Shown: piece by piece, positions 48,735 to 57,437 of the stretch
Numbering within the stretch: position 1 is the first letter of the stretch
How the letters are laid out: every line of letters begins with the position of its first letter
Source: an uncultured Verrucomicrobiae bacterium
GTDB lineage: Bacteria; Chlamydiota; Chlamydiia; Chlamydiales; JAFEGQ01
Direction: 5' to 3'
DNA: 64,000 nt
NCBI GenBank assembly: GCA_963739345.1
Contig: CAVUAA010000001.1
Location: 1,180,714 to 1,244,713, forward strand
Notes under the pieces: model-generated
What the model saw: only the letters and a program-made list of their open reading frames with translations
The model's database searches: none
Told to the model about the DNA's origin: nothing
Position numbers and translations under genes: made by a program

Positions 48735-49433
48735 ATGGAGAAAAAACGGTTAGCAAAAGTTCTCGCTTCTGCAGGGGTAGCGGCCAGGCGGAAGTGTGAA
48801 GAGCTCATCTTCGCCGGAAAGGTCAGTGTCAATGGAGAAGTTTGCAAGATTCCGCAGACGCTCGTTTCAATCGAAACAGACGCTCTGATGGTGGAGGGGA
48901 AGCTAGTTAAGCAGGCTGAAGACAAAGTCTACTTTTTGCTTAACAAGCCAACGCGGACGGTCTGCTCCAACACGCCTCCGCAGAGTGGACAGCGGGTGGT
49001 TGATCTCTTCCCTAGTGAGCACCGCCTCTTCACCGTTGGCCGGCTCGATCGGGAGACCACTGGCCTCCTGCTGGTCACCAATGATGGCCACCTCGCCCAA
49101 CGGATCATCCACCCCAGCGCCGGCGTTCAAAAAGAATATGTCGCCGTCGTCGAGGGGGACCTTACACCCACCCACATTGAGCAGCTGCGGAAAGGGACTC
49201 GGGTTGAGGGAATCTTCGTGAAGCCCGCAGCAGTAGAGAAAATGGGGCGATCAAAGGTTAAAATTGTGGTGTCAGAAGGGAAGAAGCGAGAAGTGCGCTT
49301 GATGCTCTTACACGCTGGCCTTAAGACAGTTGAGCTCTGCCGCACCCGCATCGGCAATCTCCGCCTTGGCCGGATGCACCCTGGTGAGTGGCGACAAGTC
49401 ACTCTGGCTCAGTGCGAAAAGATTTTTGACTGA
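48735..49433 (+). CDS. Pseudouridine synthase, RsuA/RluB family (S4 domain)
   Basis: KRLAKVLASAGVAARRKCEELI (S4), GRLDRETTGLLLVTNDG catalytic Asp motif. Confidence 0.85.
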   Translation: MEKKRLAKVLASAGVAARRKCEELIFAGKVSVNGEVCKIPQTLVSIETDALMVEGKLVKQAEDKVYFLLNKPTRTVCSNTPPQSGQRVVDLFPSEHRLFTVGRLDRETTGLLLVTNDGHLAQRIIHPSAGVQKEYVAVVEGDLTPTHIEQLRKGTRVEGIFVKPAAVEKMGRSKVKIVVSEGKKREVRLMLLHAGLKTVELCRTRIGNLRLGRMHPGEWRQVTLAQCEKIFD

Positions 49434-49478
49434 GATTGATGCCCTAGCGGAACGATAGGGCATCAATCTCAGTTTTTT
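49430..49478 (+). terminator. Rho-independent terminator; its stem-loop is the minimal form of the subfamily-2 repeat termini
   Basis: 16-bp stem CTGAGATTGATGCCCT / AGGGCATCAATCTCAG, 11-nt loop AGCGGAACGAT, then TTTTTT. The loop plus flanks match 40495-40525 (28/31). Confidence 0.75.
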
Positions 49479-49510
49479 ATTGATCTTTACATTCGCTTAA
49501 CGTAAATCCG

Positions 49511-50011
49511 TTGTTCATGGGCTATAATAGGGACATGAGCAAGAAAGAGACCAAAACCTCCAAGGTGAGTGGCCAAATCGGCCGCTTTGCGCCGATCGAT
49601 CTGGAGAAGCCGTTTGGCCACCGGGCGCGCAAGCAGGCGGATAGGGGCCGACTCAAAGAACTCCTCGCTAAGGCGTTTGAGAGTGGTGAGGTGGAAGTGG
49701 GTGTGGTCCTTGGCACCCTGCAGTTCCTCCTCGGCAAGGCTCAGCGGCAGGTCTCTAAGAGCTCCTTCAAAGAGGCCGTGCAGAAAGATGCGGCAGCTGC
49801 AGCAACTCGTCTCCTCACCCTCCTCCGCGATTCGGCACCCGAGACACTCTCCGCACGAGTGGTGATTGAGGACGGACAGCTCAAGGCCGAAGCAGCGGCA
49901 GAAGACCCACGTGACCAGAGGTCAGGGCTTCATCCTGAGAATCAGGCGGTCCTCTACCCGGGTCGGGCCATCCTCTATCCCCACTCTAACATCGTTCGAC
50001 TGTACAAATAG
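49511..50011 (+). CDS. Hypothetical protein
   Basis: 166 aa ORF (TTG; ATG alternatives at 49517 and 49535). No motif recognised. Confidence 0.4.
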   Translation: MFMGYNRDMSKKETKTSKVSGQIGRFAPIDLEKPFGHRARKQADRGRLKELLAKAFESGEVEVGVVLGTLQFLLGKAQRQVSKSSFKEAVQKDAAAAATRLLTLLRDSAPETLSARVVIEDGQLKAEAAAEDPRDQRSGLHPENQAVLYPGRAILYPHSNIVRLYK

Positions 50012-50059
50012 TCTCCTCTCCCCTAAAATCCTGGGCACGACTGAACAGGAGACCCTTAA

Positions 50060-50152
50060 ATGTCATCCGTTAAGAAGAAGCGAAAGCTAAAAATTAACAA
50101 GCACAAGCGGAAAAAACGCCGCCGTCGCGACCGTCATAAGAAGAAGAAGTAG
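50060..50152 (+). CDS. 30-aa highly basic peptide, bS22 / AURKAIP1-COX24-like candidate ribosomal protein
   Basis: Below the ORF-track size cutoff. AGGAG at 50047-50051, ATG at 50060. MSSVKKKRKLKINKHKRKKRRRRDRHKKKK resembles my recollection of mycobacterial bS22 (MGSVIKKRRKRM.KKKHRKLL...). Confidence 0.45.
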   Translation: MSSVKKKRKLKINKHKRKKRRRRDRHKKKK

Positions 50153-50160
50153 TAGATTCT

Positions 50161-51951
50161 GTGTGGACCTACCCTGATCACTTCGATGTGATCGTGGTGG
50201 GAGCAGGACACGCTGGCTGCGAGGCGGCTTTAGCCGCGGCGCGACGTGGCGCACGCACGCTCCTGCTCACGATGACTCTCGACACTGTGGCTAAGATGAG
50301 CTGCAATCCCGCTATTGGGGGGATTGCAAAGGGCCATCTTGTGCGCGAAATCGACGCTCTTGGTGGCGAGATGGGAAAGGTCACTGAGGTGGCCAACATC
50401 CACTCCCGCCTCCTCAACCGGAGCCGCGGCCCCGCCGTCTGGGCCCCCCGCGCCCAGTGTGACCGTGTCGTCTACCAGTTTGAGATGAAGCGGCGGATCG
50501 AAAACACCCCTAACCTCTTTCTCAAGCAGGGGACGACTGAGGGACTCGTCGTTGAAAACGACCACATCGCCGGCGTCCACACCAAAGAGGGAATCGAGTA
50601 CCGCGCCCCCAAAGTGATCCTCTGCTCAGGCACCTTCATGCGGGGCCTCATGCACATTGGCGACAATAACGCGGAAGGGGGCCGCGCCGGCGATCGCCCA
50701 GCCATCGGCATCTCCGCCGACCTCGAAAGACTTGGCTTTGAGCTCGGCCGTCTTAAGACCGGCACCCCTCCCCGCCTCCACATGCGGTCACTCGACTTAT
50801 CCCAATGCGAAGAACAGCTGGGCGAAGAGAGAGTCCGTTTCTCCTTCGATGATCACGAATACACACCCCTCCCCCGCCGCTCCTGCTGGATCACCTACAC
50901 CACTCAGCGCACCCAAGAGATCATCGAAGCCAACATCCACCGCTCTCCCATGTACTCAGGCAAAATCGGCGGCGTCGGCCCCAGATACTGCCCCTCCATT
51001 GAAGACAAAGTGATGCGCTTCCGCGACAAGGATCGTCACCAGGTCTTCCTCGAGCCCGAAGGGATCAGCACTCAAGAGGTCTACGTCAACGGCATCTCCT
51101 CCTCCCTCCCCTTCGACGTGCAGGTGGATTTTGTTCGATCAATTATTGGCCTCGAAAACGCTGAGATCATGCGGCCTGCCTACGCCGTCGAATATGACTA
51201 CGTCGAATCGGGTCAGCTCCAATCCACACTTGAAACCAAAACCATCAAAGGCCTCTATCTCGCCGGTCAGGTAAATGGCACCTCCGGCTACGAAGAGGCT
51301 GCAGCGCAGGGGCTGATGGCCGGCATCAATGCCGCCAGTACAACCCCACTTATTCTCAAACGCTCAGAAGCCTACATCGCCGTCATGATCGATGACCTGG
51401 TCACCAAGGGGGTTGACGAGCCCTACCGCATGTTCACCTCCCGCGCTGAGCACCGCCTCCTCCTCCGTCAAGACAACGCCGACATCCGCCTCACCCCCCA
51501 CGGCCACACCTACGGCCTCATCAGCGACACCCGCTACGCCCACTTCATCACCAAGCGGGACACCATCGCTAGCGAGACCGAGCGGCTCACAAAAACTCAT
51601 ATCAACTACAACGACAAGCAGACCACCCTCGGCAAGCTCCTCTGCCGTCCCGAGATTACCTACAACGACCTCGACCTCCCCGACCACGGCGCTGAGATCA
51701 ACCTTCAAATCGAGCTCACACTCAAGTACGCTGGTTATGTGAAGCGGCAAGAGGAGGAGGTGGCCCGCCACGCCAATATGGAAGAAAAACAGATCCCCGC
51801 TACCTTCGACTACCTTGCTCTAAAAGCCCTCCGAAACGAGGCGCGCGAGCGTTTCACATCCGTACAGCCGCGCACCCTCGGCCAAGCCTCCCGCATTCCC
51901 GGCATTTCCCCCGCTGACATTTCCGTCCTCATGGTCGCCCTAAAAACATGA
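50161..51951 (+). CDS. mnmG: tRNA uridine 5-carboxymethylaminomethyl modification enzyme MnmG (GidA)
   Basis: FDVIVVGAGHAGCEAALAAARRG, SCNPAIGGIAKGHLVREIDALGG, GPRYCPSIEDK. 596 aa, GTG start. Confidence 0.92.
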   Translation: MWTYPDHFDVIVVGAGHAGCEAALAAARRGARTLLLTMTLDTVAKMSCNPAIGGIAKGHLVREIDALGGEMGKVTEVANIHSRLLNRSRGPAVWAPRAQCDRVVYQFEMKRRIENTPNLFLKQGTTEGLVVENDHIAGVHTKEGIEYRAPKVILCSGTFMRGLMHIGDNNAEGGRAGDRPAIGISADLERLGFELGRLKTGTPPRLHMRSLDLSQCEEQLGEERVRFSFDDHEYTPLPRRSCWITYTTQRTQEIIEANIHRSPMYSGKIGGVGPRYCPSIEDKVMRFRDKDRHQVFLEPEGISTQEVYVNGISSSLPFDVQVDFVRSIIGLENAEIMRPAYAVEYDYVESGQLQSTLETKTIKGLYLAGQVNGTSGYEEAAAQGLMAGINAASTTPLILKRSEAYIAVMIDDLVTKGVDEPYRMFTSRAEHRLLLRQDNADIRLTPHGHTYGLISDTRYAHFITKRDTIASETERLTKTHINYNDKQTTLGKLLCRPEITYNDLDLPDHGAEINLQIELTLKYAGYVKRQEEEVARHANMEEKQIPATFDYLALKALRNEARERFTSVQPRTLGQASRIPGISPADISVLMVALKT

Positions 51952-52622
51952 CCTTTCACCTACTCCAGCTCGAAAACACTCCCATCCTCGAGCAGCTTCA
52001 ACTCGAAGAAGCCCTGCTTCGCGCCGACGACCGCAACTGGATCCTCATCAACCGGGGCACTCCCCCCGCCATCGTCATGGGCATTTCCGGTAAACCCGAA
52101 ACCCTCCTCCACTCTCAGCCTTATCCCCTCATCAAGCGCTTCTCCGGCGGTGGCACTGTCGTCGTCGATGAAGAGACCCTCTTCATCACCCTCCTCGGTA
52201 ACCACACCGCCCTCTCCTTCACCCCCTTTCCAGAAAAACTCATGCGCTGGACCGACCAGTTCTACTCCCCCCTCGGCATCACTCTTCGCGACAATGACTA
52301 CGTCATTGGTGACCGGAAGTGTGGTGGCAACGCCCAGTACATCCAAAAAAACCGCTGGCTCCACCACACCTCCTTCCTCTGGAACTTCTCCCCCGAGCGC
52401 CTCTCTTGCCTAAAAATCCCCCAAAAACAACCCCCCTACCGGCAAGACCGCCCTCACACCGACTTCCTCACCCCCCTCTCCGCCCACTTCGAGTCTTCCG
52501 ATACGTTCCTCACCGGGCTCATCGACCAACTCTCCCACCACCTCCCCATCGAAGAGATCACGCTCGATGCAGCAGAGTCTGCGCTCCACACTCCGCACCG
52601 CAAAACCACCAGCCTGACGTAG
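51948..52622 (+). CDS. Lipoate-protein ligase / octanoyltransferase-family protein (BPL/LPL catalytic domain)
   Basis: 224 aa. KRFSGGGTVVVDE and GDRKCGGNAQY motifs. Overlaps the mnmG stop by 4 nt. Confidence 0.65.
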   Translation: MTFHLLQLENTPILEQLQLEEALLRADDRNWILINRGTPPAIVMGISGKPETLLHSQPYPLIKRFSGGGTVVVDEETLFITLLGNHTALSFTPFPEKLMRWTDQFYSPLGITLRDNDYVIGDRKCGGNAQYIQKNRWLHHTSFLWNFSPERLSCLKIPQKQPPYRQDRPHTDFLTPLSAHFESSDTFLTGLIDQLSHHLPIEEITLDAAESALHTPHRKTTSLT

Positions 52623-52632
52623 CACGCTAAGA

Positions 52633-52677
52633 TTCGACTGTACCGATTGGGGCCAGGCCCCAATCGGTACAGTCGAA
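52633..52677. repeat. GGGGCC(A/T)GGCCCC-core palindromic hairpin, copy 1 (22-bp perfect arms)
   Basis: TTCGACTGTACCGATTGGGGCC-A-GGCCCCAATCGGTACAGTCGAA, 10 nt after the ligase stop. No U-run on either strand. Confidence 0.8.
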
Positions 52678-52901
52678 GGGGTTGTTCTAGGAAAAAAGAT
52701 CCGTCGTTCGAGGGGCCGGCGTGAGCTCCGTCAACCAGGCTCATTTAGGTGGGGCAGTTCCAAAGGGTTGGAATCCAACCCTTAAGCGTCGTAGCCCCTT
52801 AGTCTTCTAATACGTTGAAGGGCGTTTTCGCCAGTTTATCCCTCTCAAACGACGGACCAAAGACTCTAGCTCCATCATAGCACGCCGCCCCTTTCCTGAC
52901 G

Positions 52902-52942
52902 CTAAACTGCGATATGGGGCCAGGCCCCAAATCGCAGTTTAG
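52902..52942. repeat. GGGGCC(A/T)GGCCCC-core palindromic hairpin, copy 2
   Basis: CTAAACTGCGATATGGGGCC-A-GGCCCCAAATCGCAGTTTAG (one mismatch). Overlaps the sdhB stop codon (52939-52941). Confidence 0.75.
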
Positions 52943-53706
52943 TCGCGATCATTGAAAGAGAGCCAGCGACGGAAGGCTTCGAGGGTGGTGTCGCGGCCAA
53001 TAGCGGCGATGCCGTCGAGGAGGGGGATCTCCTTGGGGCACACCTTCTCGCAATTTTGAGCATTGCCACAATGATTGATCCCCTCTTCTCCCATGACGGC
53101 CTGGAGACGGTCCGACTTGGTGGTGGCGCCGGTAGGATGGGCGTTGAAGAGGCGCACCTGAGTCATGGGAGCGGGGCCCATAAACTTAGAGTGCTCATTG
53201 ACTTGAGGGCACGCTTCGGAACAGCAGCCGCAGGTCATGCAGGTGGACATGACGTACATAAGCTCCTGTTTTTTGGGGGAGATCTTGGGGCCAGGGCCCG
53301 AGTCCCAGGTGCCATCAGATTCGATCCAGCCACGGACTTTTTTGAGGCTTTCGAACATGGAAGAGCGATCAACCATCAGGTCGCGGACGAGGGGGAACTT
53401 GGTGAAGGGGGCAAGGGCGATCTCGTTGGAGCCGGCCTGAGCGAGCATGTCCTTGACGAGAGCAGAACAGGACTGGCGGGGGCGGCCGTTGATGAGCATG
53501 GAGCAGGAGCCACACACCTCTTCGAGGCAGCCGTCTTGCCAGACGACGGGGGTTGTGGTCTCCCCCTTGATATTGATGGGATTTTTGCGGATCTCCATCA
53601 GGGCGGCGATCACATTGAGGTGGGGGCGAAGTTCGAGCTCAAAGGTCTCCCAATACTGGTTACCAGGAGTACCGCGGTAGATCTTGAGCTTGAATTTCTC
53701 GGTCAT
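52939..53706 (-). CDS. sdhB: Succinate dehydrogenase / fumarate reductase iron-sulfur subunit
   Basis: Cys clusters CLEEVCGSCSMLINGRPRQSC, CMTCGCCSEACP, CGNAQNCEKVCP. Confidence 0.9.
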   Translation of the reverse strand: MTEKFKLKIYRGTPGNQYWETFELELRPHLNVIAALMEIRKNPINIKGETTTPVVWQDGCLEEVCGSCSMLINGRPRQSCSALVKDMLAQAGSNEIALAPFTKFPLVRDLMVDRSSMFESLKKVRGWIESDGTWDSGPGPKISPKKQELMYVMSTCMTCGCCSEACPQVNEHSKFMGPAPMTQVRLFNAHPTGATTKSDRLQAVMGEEGINHCGNAQNCEKVCPKEIPLLDGIAAIGRDTTLEAFRRWLSFNDRD

Positions 53707-55574
53707 ATGGGGAGTTCGATGTTTTCTGGGATGTTGCTTAGCTCGGGAGCGTGCTTTTTCTTGGTGGTGTAGTCGCGTGCGATCGGTTTGAGGTAGGGCA
53801 TGTCTACGTCGCGGTAAGTGATATCTGGCTCCCCTTTTTCTTTGTTATAGTTAGCCATGGTAAATTTTAGCCATTTTTTATCATTTCTATCTGGGAAGGC
53901 TTCTTTGAAATGGGAGCCGCGCGATTCGTCGCGAAGAAGAGACCCTTTGGCGATGACGAGGGCAAGCTCAATCATGGAGTGGAGGCGGTGGGCAAACATA
54001 TAGCTCTGGTTAGCGAAGCGCCCCTTGTCGGCAAGAGTGATGTGGGGAAGCTTAGCTCGCATCTCTTTGAGACGATCGATTACTTTAACCAGCTCCTCGT
54101 TCTCCTTCCAAACGGTGCAATGGCGGAGCATCATCTCCCCCATCTCCTCGTGGATCTTGTAGGGGTTTTCGCCCCCGTCGCGAGAGAAGAGATCAGCCTT
54201 GAAAGCCTCTTCAGCCGCCACTTCAGCGTCGAAGTTGACCTGGGGGCAGTCGCCGGTGACAGTCTCGAGGTAGCGGGACATCTCCATCCCGACGACGAGG
54301 CCGGAGTAAATGCACGACATGAGCGAGTTGGCGCCCAGGCGGTTGGCACCGTGAAACTGGAAGTCGGCCTCGCCAATGACGAAAAGGCCCGGGACATTGG
54401 TCATCTGACGGAAGCGGGTGTTCCGGTCCTTCGCATCGGCGGCAGGCCAGTCAACCCACGCGCCCCCCATGGAATAGTGGACGCCGGGGTAGATTTTCAT
54501 CGGATGTTTGATTGGATCTTCGCCGGTGAACTTGCGATAGATGTCGAGCACCGACCTGAGCTTATGGTGGACCTCTGCGGAGAGGTGGGTGACGTCGAGG
54601 TGAACTTGGTTTTTCCCGTCGATGCCAAGGCCCAACTGACAGACCCGCATCAATTCGCGGGCGCCAATGTCTCGGGGCACCAGATTGCCGTAAGCAGGAT
54701 AGAGCTCTTCGAGGAAATACCACGGCTCGCCAGTTTTGCCGCACGGAATGGTTTCGCCAGTGGACGTGGTGATGCTCTTTGTGGAGTCGCCATAGACCCA
54801 CACCCGTCCCCCTTCGCCCCGAACGGACTCGGAGATGAGCCGCCGCTTGTCTTCGCCGGTGATGGTGGTGGGATGAACCTGGATGAACTCGCCATTGGCG
54901 TAAGTCATCCCCTGTTGGTAGAGACGGGCGTTGGCGGCGCCGGTGCAGAAAGTGGAGTTGGTGGAGAGGCCAAAGACTAGCCCTGGCCCACCGGTCGCCG
55001 TGATGACGGCGTCCGCTTTGATCGTCTCGGTCTTCAGATTGAACAGGTCGCAGATCACAATCCCCCGCGCTCTCCCCTCATCGTCACGCACCAATCGAAC
55101 AAACTCGTGGAACTCATACTTTACTACCTGCCCCTCGACTTCGAACCGGCGCACCTGCTCGTCTAGCGCATAGAGCAGCTGCTGGCCAGTCGACGCCCCG
55201 CAGAAGGCGGTCCGGTGATAGAGCGTGCCGCCAAAGCCGCGAAATTCGAGGTTCCCCTCAGAGGTCCGGTTAAACGGACAGCCGAAACGGTCCAGCATGT
55301 GCAAAATCTTAGGGGCGGTGAGGCACATCTCGAGAACGGGGGGCTGGTCGACCAAAAAGTCGCCCCCCTTGATGGTCTCATAGGCATGCACATGAGGAGA
55401 ATCCCCTTCACCACGAGTGTTCATGGCGGCGTTGATCCCCCCTTGCGCGCAAACCGAATGAGACCGTTTCACCTTGGTGACTGAGACCAGGTGCACCTTG
55501 CACCCCTGCTCGGCCAGCTTCATGGTGGCGGAAAGGCCAGCAAGCCCTCCCCCTACGACAATCACTTCTCTCAT
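53703..55574 (-). CDS. sdhA: Succinate dehydrogenase / fumarate reductase flavoprotein subunit
   Basis: VIVVGGGLAGLSA, HSVCAQGGINAA, HPTT, HYSMGG motifs. ATG at 55574 (ATGA overlap with the sdhC stop). Confidence 0.9.
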   Translation of the reverse strand: MREVIVVGGGLAGLSATMKLAEQGCKVHLVSVTKVKRSHSVCAQGGINAAMNTRGEGDSPHVHAYETIKGGDFLVDQPPVLEMCLTAPKILHMLDRFGCPFNRTSEGNLEFRGFGGTLYHRTAFCGASTGQQLLYALDEQVRRFEVEGQVVKYEFHEFVRLVRDDEGRARGIVICDLFNLKTETIKADAVITATGGPGLVFGLSTNSTFCTGAANARLYQQGMTYANGEFIQVHPTTITGEDKRRLISESVRGEGGRVWVYGDSTKSITTSTGETIPCGKTGEPWYFLEELYPAYGNLVPRDIGARELMRVCQLGLGIDGKNQVHLDVTHLSAEVHHKLRSVLDIYRKFTGEDPIKHPMKIYPGVHYSMGGAWVDWPAADAKDRNTRFRQMTNVPGLFVIGEADFQFHGANRLGANSLMSCIYSGLVVGMEMSRYLETVTGDCPQVNFDAEVAAEEAFKADLFSRDGGENPYKIHEEMGEMMLRHCTVWKENEELVKVIDRLKEMRAKLPHITLADKGRFANQSYMFAHRLHSMIELALVIAKGSLLRDESRGSHFKEAFPDRNDKKWLKFTMANYNKEKGEPDITYRDVDMPYLKPIARDYTTKKKHAPELSNIPENIELPI

Positions 55575-56359
55575 CTTAGAGTCACCGTCGATGTCAGCCA
55601 GATGGCCGCCATCCCCAAAAATCCAATCACAATCATCAGGCCAATCGTCCCCCACTTCATCACATTCTGCGACCGCTTAGTGAGCGTGATCCCCCACACA
55701 ATCGCAAACGACCACAAGCCGCGGAAGCCGTGATAAACGCCAGACAACACAAACACCGAGTAGAGTATGCGCTGCGTCCAGCTCTGCATCACATTGCGTA
55801 CCGTGAAGAGCATCGCTTTGCCCATCGAATCGGCCACCACCTCATAACCATGAGCCTCGTCAATTACCTGCGCGCCCAAACGGGCCGCCACCTGCTCAAG
55901 CCCCGCATCCGAGCTCACCTGAACCGTGTACTCTGCGGTTTTAATCTCTTCTGGGTAGCGGAGAAAACGCATCTGAATCACGTGCAGGGTCACCCCCACC
56001 AGCAACACATAGGCGGCGATTCTCATCCAGCTATACGCCTTATTCGCTCCGTACTTTAGCTTCGGCGCCTTCTCTCCGCTTCCCATCGAATTGTACTTGG
56101 CGGTGATCGCAAACTTGATCCCCCATCCTGCGTGGAGCAAAAACGGCAAGCCGATCAGCACAATTTCAAGCACGGGAAGATAGGGCAAGCTGTGAATCAG
56201 GTTCACCTCGTGAATGAATCCCGCGCCGTATTGGTCGAAAAAGAGGGCCGCCTGCGAGTTGGTTATCAGGTGGAAGATGATGAAGAGGGCAAGCCACAAC
56301 CCAAGGAGCGAGTGTAGTCTCCTGCTCCCCCAATCTCTTGGTAACAATCCAAATCGCAT
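55571..56359 (-). CDS. sdhC: Succinate dehydrogenase cytochrome b558 subunit (Bacillus/Chlamydia type)
   Basis: 262 aa, 5 TM with conserved His positions. Operon position upstream of sdhA-sdhB. Confidence 0.75.
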   Translation of the reverse strand: MRFGLLPRDWGSRRLHSLLGLWLALFIIFHLITNSQAALFFDQYGAGFIHEVNLIHSLPYLPVLEIVLIGLPFLLHAGWGIKFAITAKYNSMGSGEKAPKLKYGANKAYSWMRIAAYVLLVGVTLHVIQMRFLRYPEEIKTAEYTVQVSSDAGLEQVAARLGAQVIDEAHGYEVVADSMGKAMLFTVRNVMQSWTQRILYSVFVLSGVYHGFRGLWSFAIVWGITLTKRSQNVMKWGTIGLMIVIGFLGMAAIWLTSTVTLR

Positions 56360-56560
56360 GACAACAGAAATAGCCTCCGAGCCCCCCTTCCGTCAATCAA
56401 ATTTGATATGAGATGCCGCCAGGAAGCTCATAACCCCCTGACTGCCAGATGAATAAATATTAAGTATTTCATGTGAATTCTTTATACAATACTACAACAC
56501 CGCTGCTATAATAGAGGATTATTAGTTGTCGAACTGGATCTAAACAAGCTAGGAGCGATC

Positions 56561-57106
56561 ATGAGAACTCCCGAATCGGTCAATTTGAAACGTGATGACT
56601 TTCTGACAGGCGCCTGGGTGCAGCAGAACAAAGTGGTTGGTGGTCACGAGGTCACCGTCGATCGCGATATGAAGAGCGACCAGTACTACATGAGCGAGGG
56701 GACGGGGTCGCTGCGCTTCCAAGCGGTCTGGCTGACGATTGCAACACCGATCACACAAGCGATTGCCGCAGTGGCCAATATTGTTGTGCGCGCCCTCGCC
56801 ACCATCACCCTCTTCCGCCTCTGGGAGTCAAAGGATGGTGAGTACGATCTTAAGGAGCGGGTCAAAAGTATCGGGAAGGATCTCTTAATCATATTGGCCC
56901 AGCCAGCCGGCATCATCGGCCTCCAGCTCTCTGCAATCTACGGAATCATTTCACCAAAGGATGGCCGGAAATTGTACGCCTCAATTGAGCGCGCGCTATA
57001 CGGGAACAATGCCGTTTTTGATTTCCTCCAGCCAGTTGAGGTGAAGGACGTGATGGGGAGTCAACAGGAGGTCGCCGAGCCAATCACTGAATACGAGGAA
57101 TTGTGA
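56561..57106 (+). CDS. Hypothetical membrane protein with two hydrophobic segments (Inc-like); first of a tandem paralog pair
   Basis: 181 aa. WLTIATPITQAIAAVANIVVRALATITLF and LLIILAQPAGIIGLQLSAIYGII. AT-rich upstream region. Confidence 0.45.
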   Translation: MRTPESVNLKRDDFLTGAWVQQNKVVGGHEVTVDRDMKSDQYYMSEGTGSLRFQAVWLTIATPITQAIAAVANIVVRALATITLFRLWESKDGEYDLKERVKSIGKDLLIILAQPAGIIGLQLSAIYGIISPKDGRKLYASIERALYGNNAVFDFLQPVEVKDVMGSQQEVAEPITEYEEL

Positions 57107-57140
57107 TCCCAAGAGGCTAAAGACCCACACTGCAGGGCGG

Positions 57141-57437
57141 GTCAGCGAAAAGTACGATCAAGACAGCAAATCCGAGAAGCTCTACGAACACCAGTCGAAC
57201 AGCTCCCTCGGCTTCCAGGCTGCTCTCCTGGCGGTGACAACTCCAATCATCCAAACCATGGCTGGTGTCGCGAACATCGTCATCCGCGCCCTTGCCACAG
57301 TCACCCTTCTTCGCTTCTGGGAGTCGAAAGATGGCCGTAAGGCCTACGCTAAAATCGAGCGATTCCTCTACGCGGACTACCGCCTTGCCCCCTGCTGGCA
57401 GCCACTGACGCAAACTCAGGCAGATAAGCTGGAATAA
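57141..57437 (+). pseudogene. Shortened paralog of the 56561 gene lacking an obvious start codon (possible pseudogene, or a 67-aa GTG-initiated peptide from 57234)
   Basis: In-frame translation ...SLGFQAALLAVTTPIIQTMAGVANIVIRALATVTLLRFWESKDGRKAYAKIERFLYADY parallels SLRFQAVWLTIATPITQAIAAVANIVVRALATITLFRLWESKDG[43-aa segment]RKLYASIERALYGNN. Confidence 0.35.
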
